Shown here piece after piece: positions 23,461 through 25,202 of a DNA stretch of 25,202 bases. The DNA lies in IMG/VR virus record IMGVR_UViG_3300033076_000654, positions 1-25,202 of that record. One strand, 5' to 3'. Under the pieces are notes generated by a model. It ran no database searches. It was not told the origin of the DNA and was given only the letters and a program-made list of their open reading frames with translations. Origin of the DNA: a virus (lineage: Duplodnaviria > Caudoviricetes). The first letter of the stretch is position 1. Every line of letters starts with the position of its first letter. A program made the translations under genes and the position numbers.

Positions 23461-24445
23461 TTTCTTCGGTTTGATCAAAAAGGTTCATTTGTTCCATTGC
23501 GGCGGAAAGGACGTCTTGACGCGTTTCGTTTGCGACAAGATCAATCAATTCGTCTTTTGATTCAATTGATTGAACGCGCTTGATCGCTTCTTCTTCGGTC
23601 AAAGAATCCGTCGTTGCTGGATCCGGTGCCGGTGTCGGATCCGGGATCGGTTCGGAAAGTTTCTTCTTCTTGTTGTTGATCGATCTTTTGAAGTCGGCGT
23701 TTCCGTGAAGTTCCGGGTGTTTTTGCCATACGGCGCGAAGCGCTTCAAGATCTTGCGCGGCTGAAATTGATTCAAGAATTTCTTTGATTTCAAGAACTTC
23801 TTCTTTGAAAGTCTTCGGCGCGCCTTGAACAACAACCGCTTGAACGGCTTCCGTTGTGGCTTTTGTTTGATTGCTTGAAATAACTTCGGCGTGAACTTCA
23901 ACCGGCGGCAATTCTTCGGCGGTGTAAGGCAAGCCGCCCAATTCGTCCGAAAAGCAAAGTCGGAAGCCTTGCGCCATTGCAACCTTTTTGATCATTGTTA
24001 AAGGCTTTTCGCGCCAAAATTTAGTGACTGATCCGTCTTTTGTGAACTGAACGTATTCAGCAAATTCGACTTCGTGAATGAAAGCGTGATTGAAGTCTTT
24101 TCGGTGAATAGTGATCACGGCTTTGACGTTCGAATTCTTCAAATCCTTTCGATTCAATTCGCCGGTTGTCGTGACGTTCCAGCCCGAAAGAAGTCCGGAT
24201 CTTTCCGCGCGCTTGATATAGGTTTCAAATCCAACGATCACGGAAAAGTTGTTTCCGTACTTCGAAGCGTAGATTTCGCGCTTGAAAGGATTCAATCCGA
24301 ATGATTGCGCGATTTCGGTAAATTGTTCGACTTCTGATCGCGTTAAATTTGACGCCAAATTCATAGCGTTCAAATATTTGTGAATTTTTTCAATGTCGAA
24401 CGTTTCAATCCTTGAAACTTCGACGGCGTTGTTGTTGTTCTTCAT
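23447..24445 (-). CDS. bet: Bet/RecT-family single-strand annealing recombinase, 332 aa
   Basis: FTEIAQSFGLNPFKREIYASKYG...VIVGFETYIKRAER...FWREKPLTMIKKVAMAQGFRLCFSDELGGLPYTAEE. The start is moved to ATG 24445. Confidence 0.93.
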   Translation of the reverse strand: MKNNNNAVEVSRIETFDIEKIHKYLNAMNLASNLTRSEVEQFTEIAQSFGLNPFKREIYASKYGNNFSVIVGFETYIKRAERSGLLSGWNVTTTGELNRKDLKNSNVKAVITIHRKDFNHAFIHEVEFAEYVQFTKDGSVTKFWREKPLTMIKKVAMAQGFRLCFSDELGGLPYTAEELPPVEVHAEVISSNQTKATTEAVQAVVVQGAPKTFKEEVLEIKEILESISAAQDLEALRAVWQKHPELHGNADFKRSINNKKKKLSEPIPDPTPAPDPATTDSLTEEEAIKRVQSIESKDELIDLVANETRQDVLSAAMEQMNLFDQTEENETK

Positions 24446-24449
24446 TTTG

Positions 24450-24457
24450 CAAAAATA
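24450..24457 (-). promoter_or_regulatory. TATTTTTG -7 element, 4 nt before the bet ATG
   Basis: Minus strand reads TATTTTTG-caaa-ATG, within the intergenic gap. Confidence 0.6.
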
Positions 24458-24491
24458 AGTAAAAAAAACTTTCGGCTTCTTTTGTTGATAA

Positions 24492-24989
24492 TTATTTTGA
24501 AAGACTGATTTCGCAAGTCGTTTTTGACGTCTTGATTGCCGGGAAAAGATCAATCATTTCGCCGGTTTCTTGTTCGATCATTGTTGTCGGTGCCTTCAAG
24601 ATCTTCAATTGATCTTCAAGGGCTTTTCTTTGTTCTGCGATTTCGTCTTCTTTGGCTTTGATTTCGTTGAATTTTGGCGTTTGGGTGTAATTGTACCGAA
24701 CGCCGCTTTCTTTCAACTTAAACGTCACGCCGTACTTTGTGACGCCGGTCTTCGCTTCGTTTCCGTAAAGATCAAGTTCGTCGGTTGCGATTTCGCGGAT
24801 CTTTGACTTTGCCGTTTCGATCACTTGCGAAAAGAATTCGAGTTGCGCAAGGGCGTTCAGCGTTTCGCGTCCGCCGTCTTCGACTTGTTCAATAATTTGC
24901 GCCGCGAATTGTTGCGCAAGTGTTTTCGAAAACGCGACTTCGCCGGCTTCGATTTGTTCTTTGATAACGTTGACAATGTTTGAATTCAT
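24492..24989 (-). CDS. Hypothetical recombination-module protein, 165 aa
   Basis: ATG with an A-rich leader; coiled-coil plus beta segments; directly upstream of bet. Confidence 0.8.
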   Translation of the reverse strand: MNSNIVNVIKEQIEAGEVAFSKTLAQQFAAQIIEQVEDGGRETLNALAQLEFFSQVIETAKSKIREIATDELDLYGNEAKTGVTKYGVTFKLKESGVRYNYTQTPKFNEIKAKEDEIAEQRKALEDQLKILKAPTTMIEQETGEMIDLFPAIKTSKTTCEISLSK

Positions 24990-25004
24990 TTTGTTTTGTT
25001 TTTT

Positions 25005-25202
25005 TTAGTTGCTGGACAATTTGACATTGATCAAGGCGACGAAGGCTTGTCCAAAAGTGCCGACTTCGACTTGTTGAAGAAATTTTTGAATTGACGAAAT
25101 TTCAATGAATTTCAGATTTTCAATTGTGATCCGGAAGCCGAAAGTTTTATTCCGATTCAATTGATTGATTAAGAAGGCGATTTCGTGTTCATTAAATTCT
25201 TC
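25005..25202 (-). CDS. 3' fragment of a hypothetical gene (...EEFNEHEIAFLINQLNRNKTFGFRITIENLKF...LSSN)
   Basis: The frame is open from the window edge to TAA at 25005-25007, with genome-typical codons. Confidence 0.7.
   Translation of the reverse strand, partial: EEFNEHEIAFLINQLNRNKTFGFRITIENLKFIEISSIQKFLQQVEVGTFGQAFVALINVKLSSN

Larger units (their letters stand above)
1..25202 (-). mobile_element. Tailed phage or prophage genome segment, probably infecting Bacteroidota
   Basis: Terminase, portal, MuF, scaffold, capsid, tape measure, SSB, Bet and initiator genes are co-oriented and tightly packed, with many ATGA/TAATG overlaps. No host housekeeping genes, integrase or att site are visible, so lytic versus prophage cannot be decided. 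Confidence 0.95.

Noticed and set aside
344-24806. Numerous plus-strand and alternative-frame ORFs of 60-228 aa in the ORF track
   Set aside because: They are shadows of the minus-strand genes. The codon bias makes stops scarce in other frames, the products are R/F/S-rich and unprotein-like, and they lack A-rich starts.
1-25202. Stop-codon reassignment (as in some crAss-like phages)
   Set aside because: Genes are full length and tightly packed under code 11. TAA and TGA are common stops and TAG ends the initiator gene (22283). No gene is fragmented by in-frame TAG or TGA.
1-25202. CRISPR array, tRNA, intron, intein or diversity-generating retroelement
   Set aside because: No regularly spaced repeats, cloverleaf, reverse transcriptase, template/variable repeat pair or oversized TerL was seen. 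Intergenic spaces are too short, apart from the capsid leader.

Overview
A 25.2-kb internal segment of a tailed dsDNA phage or prophage (Caudoviricetes; long-tailed, judging by the tape measure protein). All credible genes are on the minus strand. In transcription order (right to left) they are: recombination and replication (Bet-like annealase, tandem-HTH regulator, YdaU/DUF1376-like initiator with an internal origin-like tract, putative helicase loader, SSB); small hypothetical genes; TerS, two small ORFs and TerL; a tail module (tail assembly chaperone with a probable -1 frameshift, tape measure, three tail-tip proteins); and then portal, a MuF minor head protein fused to a zincin metallopeptidase with a candidate immunity gene, scaffold and major capsid protein. 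The host is probably Bacteroidota, because starts are A/AAC-rich with no Shine-Dalgarno and TAnnTTTG promoter elements recur. The most notable observations are: (1) a capsid-linked MuF-protease effector/immunity cassette; (2) four genes with an exact TAnnTTTG-N4-ATG layout, suggesting leaderless transcripts; (3) competing terminator/antiterminator-like hairpins in the capsid leader; (4) Cys-rich outer virion proteins versus Cys-free inner ones; (5) a DnaJ-like zinc finger in the portal; (6) the tail-tip module nested between terL and portal; (7) strong avoidance of restriction-site-like words. All family assignments come from reading motifs by eye; no database searches were run.
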